DNA of 64,000 nucleotides from Eledone cirrhosa (taxonomy: Eukaryota), in NCBI GenBank assembly GCA_964016885.1, contig OZ024740.1, forward strand, positions 130,944,001 through 131,008,000, read 5' to 3'. Under the pieces are notes generated by a model. That model saw nothing but the letters and a program-made list of their open reading frames with translations. It was not told the DNA's origin and did no database searches. This document shows positions 30,786-45,500 of this stretch, piece after piece. The position numbers and the translations under genes are program-made. Positions within the stretch are counted from its first letter, which is position 1. The number at the start of each line of letters is the position of its first letter.

Positions 30786-32063
30786 ATATGAAAGACGTAA
30801 ATAAGAAAGTTATGAAAATTGACTTCCTTATTAAAATTTCACTCCAACTAATTAGTTTCTGTAAGGGGATAAATATGGTTACGGACCTTATCCATAGAGA
30901 AGGGTTACGTCATCAGAGAGTCTATTCTCAGCTAAGCTTCCAGGCAATGCGGGGACACTGGGAACTTATATAAAAATGATTAAGTGTATGGAAAAATGTG
31001 AGAGGGGGCTAGATTCCAAGACATTGAACAAGTCACTGCCTACTTGGTCAAGTGGCAAATTCAAAAGAATCAATCACGTGACACTGAGGTTAATTAGCTA
31101 GGAGTGGGGGTGATATTAAGACAGAGCCTAGCCACTATTATTAATCACAGTAGTAATTTCGGCAAGTTTTGCTCAACAAATAATTTGGAGATAATTATAA
31201 AGAATTAGTATATCTCCCAACATATGTATACAGATGCATACCTATGTTAGCAAATATATATGTTTTGCCTTAGTAACTTTGTGGTTCTATGCAAGGGGAT
31301 GCAGAACAATTATATGAAATACGTAAATAAGAAAGTTATGAAAATTGAGTTACTTACTATAATTTCACTCCAACTAATTAGTTTATGTAAGGGGATAAAT
31401 ATGGTTACGGAGCGTATCCATAGAGAAGCTTTACGTCATCAGGTAGTCTATTCTCAGCTAAGCTTCCAGGCAATGCGGGGACACTGGGAACTTATATAAA
31501 AATAATTCAGTGGATGGAAAAAAGCGAGCGGGAGCTAGATTCCAAGACATTGAAAAATGAACTGCCTACTTGGTCAAGTGGCAAATTCAAAAAAATCAAT
31601 CACGTGAAAATGAGGTTAATCATCTAGGAGTGGGGGTGATATTAAGACAGAGCCTAGCCACTACTATTAATCACAGTAGTAATTTCGGCAAGTTTTGCTC
31701 AACAAATAATTTGGAGTTAATTATAAAGAATTAGTATATCTACCAACATGTGTATACAGATGCATACCTATGTTAGCAAATATATATGTTTTGTCTTAGT
31801 AACTTTGTGGTTCTATGCATGATGACGTAAGGCTTCTCTATGGATACGCTCCGTAACCATATTTATCCCCTTACAGAAACTAATTAGTTGAAGTGAAATT
31901 TTAGTAAGTAAGTCAATTTTCATAACTTTCTTATTTACGTCTTTCATATAATTGTTCTGCATCCCCTTGCATAGAACCACAAAGTTACTAAGACAGAACA
32001 TATATATTTGCTAACATAGGTATGCATCTGTATACATATGTTGGTAGATATACTAATTCTTTA
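30786..32063. repeat. Family D array: two ~526 bp tandem units plus an inverted partial unit
   Basis: 30786-31311 matches 31312-31815; 31820-32063 is the reverse complement; flanked by (TA)n. Confidence 0.9.
30841..30921 (-). ncRNA. Type I HHR, family D
   Basis: Reverse complement: ACTCT CTGATGA C-GTAA...TTAC-A GAAA CTAATTAG TT^ GGAGT. Confidence 0.75.
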
Positions 32064-32829
32064 TATATATATATATATATATATATGAGTGTGTGTGTGT
32101 GTGTGTGTTTATGTCAACATATATTTATAACCACACATATAACTATACATGTACACATATATGCCTTTATAGAATATTAGGAGCTTTCGATTCTGCATAA
32201 GAAAAAGTGAAGAATTAAATTCAAATTTATCACAGTAGATTATTCGTTTTTATTTATTTTCTAAAACAAGTTGTTCTCTATATGACAGATTTAAGCATAC
32301 ACTCAGGGAAATACTATTACAGATCAAAGGAAATTATTATTAATTTCTGCACTTTTAAATATAGAAATATTTCAAATTTTAAAGGGTATCCTTACAATAA
32401 TTCTTTTCAGCAATACACATATGCATATAACGCTACAATTTCATTTATTTGCATTTTACTTTATCACATTATAGATTTAGAGTATCCTAAATAAAAGAAG
32501 ACAAATTAAATGTCGTGTTATGAATATTGAAATATAACTGATAAATTACATTGAAACATATGGCTATGTAATCTATCGTAACCTGCTTAATAAGTATTAT
32601 TCCGTAGACATATATATAACGATTTCAAAGTAAAAAATTACGAGTTCAAATGTAATATATTCTATGTGAAGCTAAATAGCTAACACAGCTGATATATTAA
32701 AGCAAATTGCAAATATGTGATATGTGAAACAATTTGCAAATATAATTGTTTTAAATCTATTCAACCTTCGCAATCTATACTTGAAATATCAAATGCAAGT
32801 TAATAATATGTATATATAAGAGGGTAGTG

Positions 32830-33400
32830 TACAACCCTCTCAACAATGAGGCATTCGACCCCATCCTCCAGAACATTCCTTTAATAAATGGAGACCCAAG
32901 AATGAATAAACTTGTCCAAACACCCAACCTAAATCCAAATGACAACATAAATCCATAAAAAAAAAACATCCTTACACAAGCCAAAATCCAGCCAACCCTC
33001 ACAATGAACCCGACAGTAATCAACTACGGAAGGGCCAACTGTGAAGTTTCAACATTCCACTTTAAACAAGGACAACATTTCACAGGTACTTACAACTTTA
33101 CATGTGCATCTGAAAAACGTATCTATGTTTTGACCTGCTCAGGTTGTCGAGTGCACTACATAGAACAGACAAACACCAGCCTCCGACAACGTATGACCGT
33201 CCATAGATAACAAATCAAAATACAGAAATACAGAAAGATTGCCTTTAGTGAACATATCGCAAATTGTGCACCTAACCAACAACCAAACTTTTAAAATATT
33301 CCCCATTTACAAATTCATAGACAACGCTTCTTTCATCCATCGTACCAATAAGGGAACGTAATTCATTAACAAATTCCAACCTCTACTTAATGGACTAAAC
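32830..33400 (+). pseudogene. Penelope-like GIY-YIG endonuclease fragment (different lineage from the 1-1.5 kb element)
   Basis: FTC...IYVLTCSGC..HYIEQT...LRQRMTVHR*QI, SEHIANC, and a terminal PLLNG; multiple stops. Confidence 0.8.
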
Positions 33401-34114
33401 TTCGGACTAAACAAAAACTGGAACAAACAATGAACCAAGGTCCCAAATTCCCACGTTCTTTAAAAGGTTACCACCCTTCCATCTTACCTAATCCTTTTTC
33501 TTATATGAATGAATTACCCACTCTCATCTCTCCCTCCTACCCGACCACCCTGAATTACCTACCCCTGCATATTAACTATCTAAAAAGGGAAAACATATCC
33601 AATCCTAGACTACCATTTGCCTCCATCATGTATCAATCAAGCGCTCTTGCCATAATAACACTTTTTGAACTGCTTATTCGCAAGAAGTATGCCTGTAGAT
33701 AATATTATTCTTTCTTTCCCATTATTTTATCATGTTCCACAATAATCCCCCTTTTATTTCTTTTTTTATTTTTACTTAAAAAACCTTGTTTATGAACAAT
33801 ATTACTCTTTCTTTCCATTTCCTTAACATGTTCAACATCACCTTATCTTCTCTCCTACATTGTATACCAATAAAAATTCCACCCTTTGATAATGCATAAA
33901 ATGCTGAAACAGTAATTGACAATTATTAAATATATAAATAAATAAATAAATAAATGCTAGTGTTACTTTATAAACAAATTAACTGATACCTTAGCACTTC
34001 ACACAAAGTAAAATATTTTGTATTAAACATTTTCTAACCGAGAAAAAAGAGAAACAAATAAAGGTAAACAAATATTGTTATTCCTAATAATCGTCTTTTT
34101 CTCCCTATTTACAA

Positions 34115-34214
<100 letters not shown>

Positions 34215-34619
34215 ATTGTTTCTGCGTTAGGCACAAGGCCAGAAATTAACCAGTGCATTACTGGTACTTTATTTTATCGATCCCGTAAGGAAGAACGAAT
34301 AATGTACTGTGAAACATTTGAATAAATTATTACTATATATATATAGTAATAATAATAAATTTGAAGCCTAAAATCCTAAGATGGGTAGATAAGGATGAAT
34401 ATATATCAAATATATAAGAACCGTAAAGTTTAAGCAAAGAATCGCTGCTTTCACTCTTAACGCGATTTTCTGAAACTAAAAAAAATCAATCTGCGTACGC
34501 AGAAGTAAATATTTCGAAATACGGTGCAACCGAAGGAAGACAAGAAAACGTTACTTTGGCTCGTGGAAGTGTTCCCTGGAAAAGAATGGAAAAACACTTT
34601 AATCTGTTATTTTAATAAA

Positions 34620-35479
34620 TATATATATATGTACGTATGGGTTTATCGAACATTTATTACAATGTTCGGTTTGTTTGTAAACAAACAGCCCAGATTAAGC
34701 CGTACAGTGTTCGTCAACCATCGTTGCCCTTTTGTTCAACACTGACCAAGGAACAATGAACTAGTTTCAAGCTTATTAGCTATCGTCAGTATCGTATACC
34801 TTCCTGTCAGATGATTGAATGTCTGAAAGTATATACGTTCCTTATGCATATCAACGGCTGAGCAGCCTAATTTGCATGTCGAGTGAGTTAGTCGGCCGGA
34901 CGTACCGAAAACGATAAATTCAAAAGAATGAAATGAAATTTTAATTCTCACACTTTGTACGGCTGATACTTAAATATCAGTATGTATACTATGTATACAG
35001 ACGTACAGTAGTATGTAAATATATACATACATGCACACATATATATAAGTACGTATGGGTTTACCGAACACTTATTATAATGTTTGGTTTGTGTGTAAAC
35101 AAACAGCCCGAATTAAGCCGTACAGTGTTCGTCAACCATCGTAAGTATCAGCCGTACTAAGAGTGAGAAATGAAATTTCATTTCATTCTTTTCCATTTAT
35201 CGTTTTCGGTACGCCCGGCCGACTAACTCACTCGATATGCAAATTAGGCTGCTCAGCCATTAATATGCATTAGGAAAGTATAATCTTTCAAACGTTCAAT
35301 CATCTGACAGAAAGGTATACGATGCTGACGATAGCTAATAAGCTTGAAACTAGTTCATCGTTCCTTTGTCAGTGTTAAACAAAAGCGCAACGATGGTTAC
35401 CGAACAATGTACGGCTTAATTCTGGCTGTTTGTTTACAAACAAACCGAACATTATAATGAATGATAGGTAATCCCATAC

Positions 35480-35541
<62 letters not shown>

Positions 35542-36050
35542 GTGTGCATATATGTATATATTCACATACTTCTGTATGTCTGTATACATATATACATGTA
35601 CGTATACATACTGATATTTAACTATCATCCGTACTAAGAGTGAGACATTTCATTCCATTTCATTCTATTCCATTTATATTTTTGGTACGCCCGGCCGACT
35701 CACTCACGCGATATGCAAATTAAGCTGGTCAGCCGTTAATATGCATGAGGAAAGTGTATACTTTCAAAAGTTCAATCATCTGACAGGAAGGTATACGATG
35801 CTGACGATAGCTAATAAGCTTGAAACTAGTTCATCGTTCTTTTGTCAGTGTTGAACAAAAGGGCCACGATGGTTGCCGAACAATGTACCGCTTAATTCGG
35901 GCTGTTTGTTTACAAACAAACCGAACATTATAATAAATGTTCGGTAAACCCATACGTACATGTATATACACGTGTGCATGTATGTATATATTTACATACT
36001 ACTGTACGAATGTATACATAAAGGTATGTACGTATACATACTGATATTTA
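34620..36050. repeat. Family A2 (diverged subfamily) array; HHRs at 34754-34794 (-), 35320-35360 (+), 35796-35836 (+)
   Basis: CGATG CTGACGA TAGCTAATAAGCTT GAAA CTAG TT^ CATCG; inversion point ~35141. Confidence 0.88.
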
Positions 36051-37249
36051 TATATATATATTTAATTATTTATTCACATTATATTTATGTGGGTGCGTCT
36101 GAGTGAAACAACGTGATTCAGTATTTTCAATTGTAACCCTTTAATTCACAAAGACAACCTTAATAATTCGATTAAGTATGCTCGATGAAATTCTTACCAT
36201 ATGAAATATTTACTGTATCGGTATCACGTAAGATATTAAAGGCGCTCCGCCAGCCAGGTTGTACTCCCATTACTAAAACTAATCTGAAATATATCAATGT
36301 TTTTGAAGAGATCATATAACTTCTTGTGAAATATATAACATTGATTTATTTGTGTGCTAGAAAGGGAGGAATATATCAATATATGTCTCGCTTGCGCCCC
36401 CCCCCCCACCACACACACACTTTATAGTAGACCAGAATGAGATCTCAATATGGCGTACTCTCTGGGTGGAAATATATAAATTCCTCATTGATCGAGTGTT
36501 TCGTGACTGCCTCTTATAATTCTATTGACATCTGCTATGAGATGGTACCTGCTTCACCACACACTGCTTATATTGCCAGTTCTATGTAATCTATATAGAA
36601 GTTTCATTTCATCATATTACATTCGTAATACAAAATAACACGTGTTCCGTAATATACAACTCTGAGCTTTAATGCTTTACAATCTGCTCAAATCTCAAAT
36701 CGATATGCTCGCCAGAAGCAAGGAAGATTTGCTTCATATATTTAATTTTCAGTTTGTGTAAAGCAACAATCCATATTAAGTATAGAGTATCGACCATACC
36801 CAAATGTCATGTCTTTATGTGGCAGATTTAGTAATGTTTCCCACACACCGAAATGATGCTGCCTATATATGAATTTGGGACTGACGGACAAATCGAAAAG
36901 AAAATGCAATACATTTAAAAACAAAAGTAATAGCAATATTTGCTCGAACATGTTTATAGACGAACGTAATGTAACGGCAGTAATTGATGAATTATATACT
37001 GAAATATAGAAAAATACATAATAAAGAACCGAAAAAAATAATAATAAAGAATAAAGAAGTTAATCAATAATTATTAACATTAAAAGTAAACAAATTATAA
37101 TTTCATAGAAAATATCAAAGATAATGTAAAACTTTAATTAATATACGAATATATAGAATCATCTAGGAAAGTAAAAATGTAAAAAATAAAACACAAATCT
37201 ATATTCCGAGTAGGAGCGTAGACCTTTCATAATACCTTATTTCATGCTG

Positions 37250-37950
37250 CTCTCGATGTTTTCTATTCATTAAATTCGTGAAGGTTTAGCTCAATTTGTT
37301 CATGTTTCATTTGAATGACGGTTATTTGATAATGTTATAGTAGAGTAATTGTTGTTATCATCTGCGTAATGGAGTTGGTCTAAACAAATGTAGGTCATTG
37401 ATGTATTCGTAAGAGAATGTTAGGGAGAGAATGAAACCTTGGTCATGTTAGAATTTATATAAAGCGGAACTCGAAGTGCATAAGAATCATACGTCAAAAC
37501 AGAGCAAGCATTAATCTTATTTCCAAAACGTAAAGTTGAAGAGACTTATGCATTAAGTATGATAGATAACTGAGAAGAGGTTATCATGGATATTCCGTTC
37601 TATACCCTTTCTGAACAATTCCCTTTCTGAACAATTTCGATTTCCTTTCACATTAGGGTATGCCTTACTTTTTAATATAAATGGAGAATTATTTCTGAAA
37701 TCATCTCTTCAAACCTGAATAATTAAAAATATTAAGAATTCATATTGTTGTTTCGTCAAATGTATTTAGGTACCTTCACTCATAGGTGGCACTAACGAGA
37801 GTCTCTGTGTGCAGTAGTTGCACCATTAATAAAACGTCGGTAGCCTCGTTTGAGAGTTATATACTGAAAATACTTGATCAGGGCTGCGTCATTTTCTTGA
37901 ACTGAAATGAAGGATGGGTTTTAAAATGAGGTATTCCACTGAACATTTAT
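37250..37950 (-). pseudogene. Degenerate LINE RT fragment (CR1/L2-group)
   Basis: Minus strand QGFILSL (QGSxLSP-like, ~37420-37442) followed by YADD (37358-37369). Confidence 0.55.
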
Positions 37951-38386
37951 AAAGAAAAAAAAAATTCAAATGGCATCGCCGGTGAGGTTGTGGCTGCGGA
38001 ATTACCATCCATCTTTGCGAACTACAACTAATAAATTACAATAAGCACTGTTTTATTGGAAAACATTTATTCATGTCAATTTTAAATAGCATACAGAAAT
38101 AATCAATTTCATCATCATATGTTAAATGTAAAAAAGCATCAGAAATATATCCAAAAATTACAGTCAAATTGACGAATATGCATTAAAAAAAAATTCCCAA
38201 ACCATATTTTCTAATATTATGAAATTTATTAACGAACATAACTATCTCGATGAGGTCCATTCAAAATAGTTTTAATATACAAGCTATTATAAATAAAATG
38301 CGCTGTAGAATTTAATCTTCGAATAAATAATAAAAAAAAGATATAATAAACTTCATTTGAAGAGTAAGATTAACGTGAGTGAATGC

Positions 38387-38478
<92 letters not shown>

Positions 38479-39379
38479 CATACAGTTATAGATACATTTT
38501 TAAAGAGGCTGATTGAAATATTTGTATTTGACTTACTACCGAGAGATTCTTACTCACATAATGGGACACTCATACATTTCTCTTACTGGATATTACAAAT
38601 GTGGCTATTTATGAAAGCAATTATTTTCATGTGAATCTTTAAATTGAACTCATATCAGAACAAAAAGCAAGCAATATTGGTTTCGGTATCTTGGGAAATC
38701 AAACTTTTTCCAATTGATCCATAAACATGTTTTGCACACTTGCCAAGTCGAATGATGAATGAAGAGAATAATCTTCCTTTTCTTGCTGCTATTTGAGATT
38801 CATAAGAGAATACGTATAAACATTTACCGCATAACTAATGTATGTATTGTGATTATACGTATGTATGATGTATGTACGAAAATATTTTGAATGTGCTTGT
38901 GTATAGATACTAAAGTACTTGTGTGATATGCCCGGAATGTCTGGCAGTTTTACATATGGAAAAAAAAAGAAAAGAAGACACAAATATTTCTGGTGATAAA
39001 TTCATACCAGTGGGAATATAACAACTCTTGATATTTTGATTTGTTTAGGCTGTGTCATTGACTATACAGAAGTAACATGTTACACACATACATTTATATT
39101 CGGCAGTATTTATATCAGTAAACTAGGTTATTTTATGTTTCGCCTATTTCAATTTTATAGAAACTTCCCAATGTAAAACCTCCCTTGAAAAATATATATA
39201 CGCCAAACATTGAGAAATGAATGTAAAGAGAGCTCTATACGATTTCGGGAATATTTGGCTACATTCATAATGCTGAAATACGTGCAATAATCGCAGGAGC
39301 TGGTGTAGTAATAGACCAGAAATAGCATTCGATAATCAAAAGAAAAATACATGATTAAAAGACAAACTCGCTATCTTCA

Positions 39380-39800
39380 AATCTGTATTTGTGTCAAACC
39401 TTACCTATGGTCATATATTTTGAGTAATGACCAAATGAATACGATCCCAATACAACAGGCCGGAATGAAATCCCCCGGGATTGTGTTTGGAGAAACGTTA
39501 CTCGACAGAGTGCGTATCTCGGAGATCAGAGAGTCATTCCAGGTAGAGCCGCTACTTCTCAGAATTGATAATTCAAAGCGCCGATATTATGGACATGTGA
39601 TTAGAATATTTCATAAATAAATGCACAGATTTTACGAGCAGAAATAACTGGCAGGAACCAGGGTTTGACCCCGAACAAAATGTTTGGATAACATAGATGA
39701 ATTTGGCATGACAAGCTTGGGGATCCAGCCAGATTTGTTGGAGACAGTTTTTAACTGTCAGAACCCGTTGGAAAGAGTGCATGAAATATCCTCCCCTATC
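39380..39800 (+). pseudogene. 3' fragment of an RTE-like LINE
   Basis: DRVRISEIRESFQVEPLLLRI...RRYYGHVIR resembles the RTE C-terminus and the 27.6-27.9 kb remnant. Confidence 0.6.
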
Positions 39801-40585
39801 GATATAAATGCGTTCTACCAACAAAACCGAACTAGTATTCTGACAGTTTGTCTCGTGGTAACTATACTTAAAATCGATTGTTATGATAACACTAAAGATA
39901 GCGATTTTTAGACACACCGCACCATTTGAAACATTTCTTAATACTTATAATGTATGTTAGAACGATGAATTTAGTTATGGAAATCAGCTAGTTACCTCCC
40001 CTTACGCATTAACTCCCCTTAATTACACACATACTTCCGGATAATAAACCGATGTAAATTCTCGCAGCAGAATCAACCTATTCTATAAATGTGTATTAAA
40101 TGACACTGAGCCGCAAGAAGCTAAAATATTTTAATTTAATGCATCAAACATCCAATACGGTATCATCGTTACTTATGTGATGGATGTAAAGACACTTTTA
40201 GATATCCTGAATTGAAAATGATAGTGGATACGAAAACCATAACTTTCTTTTGCTTCTCCTTTTTATTTTTATTTTTATGCTCACATATTTTTTTTATTAT
40301 ATACAAAAAATACCTTACCACTACAACCACCATAATGCTCTTACTTACCCCTTTAAAGTGCTTGTATTACATGTAACATCCTGCCACACAATAATCATAT
40401 ATAAATGAGACACACTTGCATGCCCCACGTGTAACTAACGCATACACTGACTACTACATCTGAATGTCTGACTTAGTTTTTCCCTTCCCTTCTCTGTCCG
40501 TCCGTTTGTTTTTCTCTTCATTTTTAGTTCCTTTACGTTTTTCGTTGTTGCTGTGCTGCTTTGATTTTGATTTTTGTTCTTTTTT

Positions 40586-41457
40586 TTTATTTTGACCGGG
40601 TCATCAATTCAGTCTATTTATATATTTTGATGTTTTCCTCTTTTAGTTGGAATTCTACAATGTAGCAGCGGATAGCGGGAGAGAATAGCGGCGGTAGTGA
40701 TACTGAGGCAACGGCGGCGGGGGTGGTGGCGGCGCTGTGCTAGCAGCAACTAGCAGGAGGTAGTGGGAGGGAATAGCGGCGGTAGCGATAGTGAGGAAGC
40801 GGTGGTGGTGATGTGGTCGTATTACTGTAGTAATAGTGTTGAAGTTGGAGTAGAAATTTGAGTCGACTTGACCAGAGTTTTCATCGTGGTAGTGGTGGTG
40901 GTATTGGTGGTGAAATTATCTTTAGTGAAATTATCGTTAGTCGCGTATATGTGTTGACATTTACCCATACTATTGGTTTAAACATTTTGTTAAAACTAAA
41001 ACTTGATTTTGATTATTGTTTTTATTATTTATTTTTATTTTTTTATTTTGATCGGGTCATCAATTCAGTCTATTTATATATTTCGAGGTTTTCCTCTTTT
41101 AGTGAGAATTCTACAATGTAGCAGCGGGTAGCGGGAGAGAATAGCGGCGTTAGTGATATTGAGGCAGTGGCGGCGGAGGCAGTGCTGTGTTAGCAGCAAC
41201 TAGCAGGAGGTAGTGGGAGAGAATAGCGGCGGTAGCGATAGTGAGGCAGCGGTGGTGGTGATGTGGTCGTATTACTGTAGTGATGGTGTTGAAGTTGGAG
41301 TAGAAATTTGAGTCGACTTGACCAGAGTTTTCATCAAGGTAGTGGTGGTGGTATTGGTGGTGAAATTATCTTTAGTGAAATTATCGTTAGTCGCGTATAT
41401 GTGTTGACATTTACCCATAATATTGGAATTAAACATTTTGTTAAAACTAAAACTTGA
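40586..41457. repeat. Tandem duplication, ~455 bp period
   Basis: 40586-41004 matches 41041-41457. Confidence 0.9.
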
Positions 41458-41598
41458 GGCAATAGTAATAGTAATTATTATTATTATGCTGAGATTGGTA
41501 GGGGTGGTGGTGAAATTACCGTTATTGGGCTGTTGTGTTTAGTGTACACAGAGGGGTGATGGGGTAGGTGGTGTATATAGTTTCTGATGTGTTTTTAT

Positions 41599-41629
<31 letters not shown>

Positions 41630-42514
41630 ATTCCTTGAATCTCAGTCATTGATGTTGGTTAACTGGAAAGTCCGATGGAATGAATATCAACCCACAACCT
41701 GCTGCCTCAGATATTCAGGACTTATCGGAGGGTTCTTGCTGTTTCCAGCAAGCATGCCTTTTGAAGCGTTCCAAAAAGCGTGAAGGAGCCGATTTTCTTT
41801 AACCATCCCTGGAAACTTTTGGAGATAGTCCCCAGTGCGCCTATGACAATCGGGATCACTTTGACTTCATGGCAGTTCCAAATCCTCTTTACCTCCCACT
41901 TTAAGTCCTGGTATCGGTTAACTTTCTCCCTCTCCTTCTCTTGCACTCTCGTGTCGAATGGGCAGGCCACATCCACGATCAGACACGGTCTTTTTTCTTT
42001 GTCCACAACCACTAGGTCAGGTCTATTGTGTTCCAGTTTCTTGTCCGTCTGTATCCTAAAATCCCACAGCACCTTCACCTGATCGTTCTCCAACACCGCC
42101 TCTGGCCTATGCTCATACCATTTCTCAGAATGTGGTAAATTATTTACTTTGCACAGGTGCCAGTGGATCACTCTGCCCATCACATCATGTCTCCAGCCCT
42201 TATAGTGGGTCTGGGCTAGGTGTTTACACTCGGATACAATGTGAGCCACAGTCTCCTCTCTCTCTCAACAGATCCTGCACAGTGGTCTAGCCTCCTCCTT
42301 GTAAATATGGCGTTTCAACCACTTCGTTTTGAGGGCCTGCTCCTGCGCAACCATTAACATTCCTTCTGTAGCCTTTTTGAGGTCTCCTCTTCTCAACCAG
42401 TTCCATGTCTGTGGATCTCTAAATTCAGTTTTCTCAAAGAAGGTACTATGAAGGGATTTTCCCTGAAGGCTGCTCTTTCTCCTTGATGTTATTTCCTCCT
42501 TGGACATCCCCTTA

Positions 42515-42515
<1 letters not shown>
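41630..42515 (-). mobile_element. 5'-truncated Dong/R4-clade LINE (CCHC + RLE), bounded by (TAA)n on both sides
   Basis: TEGMLMVAQEQAL, CRIC..HIVSEC, RHD, LWDFRIQTD..HNRPDLVV, VIPIVIGALG. Confidence 0.88.
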
Positions 42516-42593
<78 letters not shown>

Positions 42594-42594
42594 A

Positions 42595-45500
42595 GTTGCA
42601 TTTATCTTGCTTTATGTTCATACTAGTTATCACCAAGTCACAACCAGTGACCTCAAGAGACAACAAGGTCCGCCATGTTCAAGAAGAACATACATATTCA
42701 GACATGCATCTTTAGTGTTTAGACTTGTGATCTACTTATATTGACAGAATCTTCCTTAGTATATGGGCAGTTCCCATTAGTACTATCTTTTGTATTTCTC
42801 CTATACGCGGGTTTCCTGGGATTTGCGATAAGTATTCATTAGACCCCTTAGGTATCATTCCCAGAGCGTCTACAACCACTGGTATTGTTTTAGTTCTCAA
42901 TTTCCACATTTTTCCAATTTCTTTCTCCAGGTCCTTATACTTGCTCAATTTTTCAAATGTTTTTATAGATGCATTCTTGTCTATTGGAACGGACATATCA
43001 ATTAGCAGGCATACCCTCTTTTTAAAGTCCTTCAATATTATATCAGGTCTATTTGCATCTATTTTTCGGTCTGTTGGATGCTAAAGTTCCACAAGATTGA
43101 GATGTGATCTTTTTCAATTATGGGAGGTGGTTGATGCTCCCACCAATTCTTTTGATGGGGCAGGTCAAAATGCTTACACATTATCCAATGTATGTATTGT
43201 GCAGCTCTGTCATGCCTGTTTAGGTATTCGGTTGGAGCTATAGGACTGCACATTGAAATTATATGGTCAATGGTCTCTGGTTGTTTTTTGCATACACGGC
43301 GTAATGGGCTGCACCAATTTATTATTATGTTGGCTTGGTAATTTTTTGTTGGCAGACACTGATCTTGTGCCGATATAATCAGTCCTTCAGTCACCGATTT
43401 CAGTCCAGAGGATGCCAACCACTGATGGGTTAAAGTTTTGTCAACATCAGGATTGTTAGCTCGCTCTGGGTATTTTCCATACAGAGGCTTTTCTTGCCAT
43501 TTCTTAGCCAGTTTCTGTAGCAGTTCTTTCTTTGCAGTTACTTTTACCTGCTTTGCTATTTCTGTGTTTTCCATTTCAGCAGTAAATGGGACTTCTGAAA
43601 TTTGTAGTCCATTACTGTATCTTTGTGCATCTTTTGTAATGGAAAATGATTTGTTGATGCTTTCGTGTTTCAACACGAGTTTGATCATCCAATCATGTGA
43701 TTCCCTTACATATGTAGATAATCCAATTGTTGCAGTTTTCAACGCAATGACTAACTGGATTAACCCACGTCCTCCTTATTTCCTAGGGAGATATATTCTA
43801 TCTATATCTGCCTTAGGGTGATGCATTCTGTGCATGGTTAAGAATTTTCGTATTTTTGTATCGAGCCTACGGATCTCTGTGCTTGACTAGTTGATGACAT
43901 TGTAACTGTAGGTTACTACTGGTATGGCAAGCGTGTTTATGGCATCGATCCTATTCCTTGCATTCAATTCCGTTCTTAAGATTGCTCTTACTCTGCCGTA
44001 ACATTCCTTCCTTATCCTTTCCCTCATTGTCGAGTACTTGATTCCGTCTCCTTCACAAACACCTAGATATTTGTAAGTTTTTTCTTGATCAAGTTCTCTT
44101 ATCACGTTCCCACAATCAAGATTAATGTCTGAACACTTCAGTAGCTTTCCTCTGGTGAACGTTGTTTTGGCGCATTTATCTAGTCCAAACTCCATTTTAA
44201 TGTCATCACTTAACTGCTTCACAGTGGATAATAGCCCTTGCAATTGTTCATCATTTTTTGCAAATAGTTTCAGGTCATCCATGTAGAACAGGTGATTAAT
44301 GGTTTTGTCATAGACTTTATATCCATGTTTTGTTTCATTGAGCATTTTACTTAATGGTATAAGTGCGATGCAGAATAAAAGCGGTGATAAAGAGTCACCC
44401 TGAAAAATTCCACAATTAATATTAACTTCTCCAGCTTCCAGTGATTTTGTTTCACTATTCAAAAGGAGTGTCGTTTTCCATGTCTTCATACTGAATGACA
44501 AAAACCTCCTGACAACGGGGGATATTTTGAAAATCTCTAAACATTTTTCAATCCAACTGTGTGGCAAACTATCGAATGCTTTTTTATAATCTATCCAAGC
44601 GATCGATAGATTTTTGTGTCTATTATGACAATCTTCCAGTATAATTTTCTTAACCAGAAGCTGATCCTTACAGCCATATGAGCCTCGTTTACACCCTTTC
44701 TGCTCAATGGGAAATAGGTCATTTGTTATCAGGTGTATTCAGTTAGGAGTGATGTTAAAATTGTATACATTGTGGTCAAGCAAGTTATCGGTCTGTAATT
44801 TTTGTGATTGTTTGTCTCATCATTCTTCGGAAGCAGGAATGTAATGCCGTTAACTAGCCATGATGGTATCTTTTTTGGCTCCTTAACTATTTCATTGTAA
44901 AGTTGGGCTAACAGCTCATGAGACTCTGTGAAGGCATTTATCCAAAAGTTTTGTATTTTGTCTTTTCCTGGGGATTTCCATTTGCTGGTTTTTCTTAGAG
45001 CCAAACGCAACTGTTCAACTGTTATATTTTCCCATGTTTGTTCCTCAAGGTGAGCTGTATCTTTCATTTGTCTGTCTATCCATGGGGCATGTATGTTATG
45101 AACTTTTTCTTCGGCCCGGATCTTTTCCCAGAATTCTTGCACTTCCTCCTTGGGTGGTATTGATTTAGCAGTAATTGTTGACTTACGAATTTTTCTGTAG
45201 AAGTTTCTTTGGTTGGTTTTGAACATATTATTGTCCTTATAGAATCTAGATCGTTTTTCAAAGCGCCTTATACGAGCAGCTTTGGCCGACACTTTTTGCT
45301 TGATTATTTCTATCAGCATGTCTATGTCACATGTTGATTTTATACTGTACTACTCTTTCAATTTTCTAAGTTTAGTTTGTTTAACATGTTCACCTACTTT
45401 ATAGTTTGTTAAAATTTCTATGTCAGATCGGAGAACGTTTATTTGGCGATTGATGTTCTCTTGCCAAGTAGATTTCTTGTGGGAATTCCTTTGTTTTTTC

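Noticed and set aside
33880-33925. TTGATAA-TGCAT/ATGC-GAAAC downstream of the second PLE fragment
   Set aside because: Position fits a decayed HHR, but stems I and III cannot be formed.
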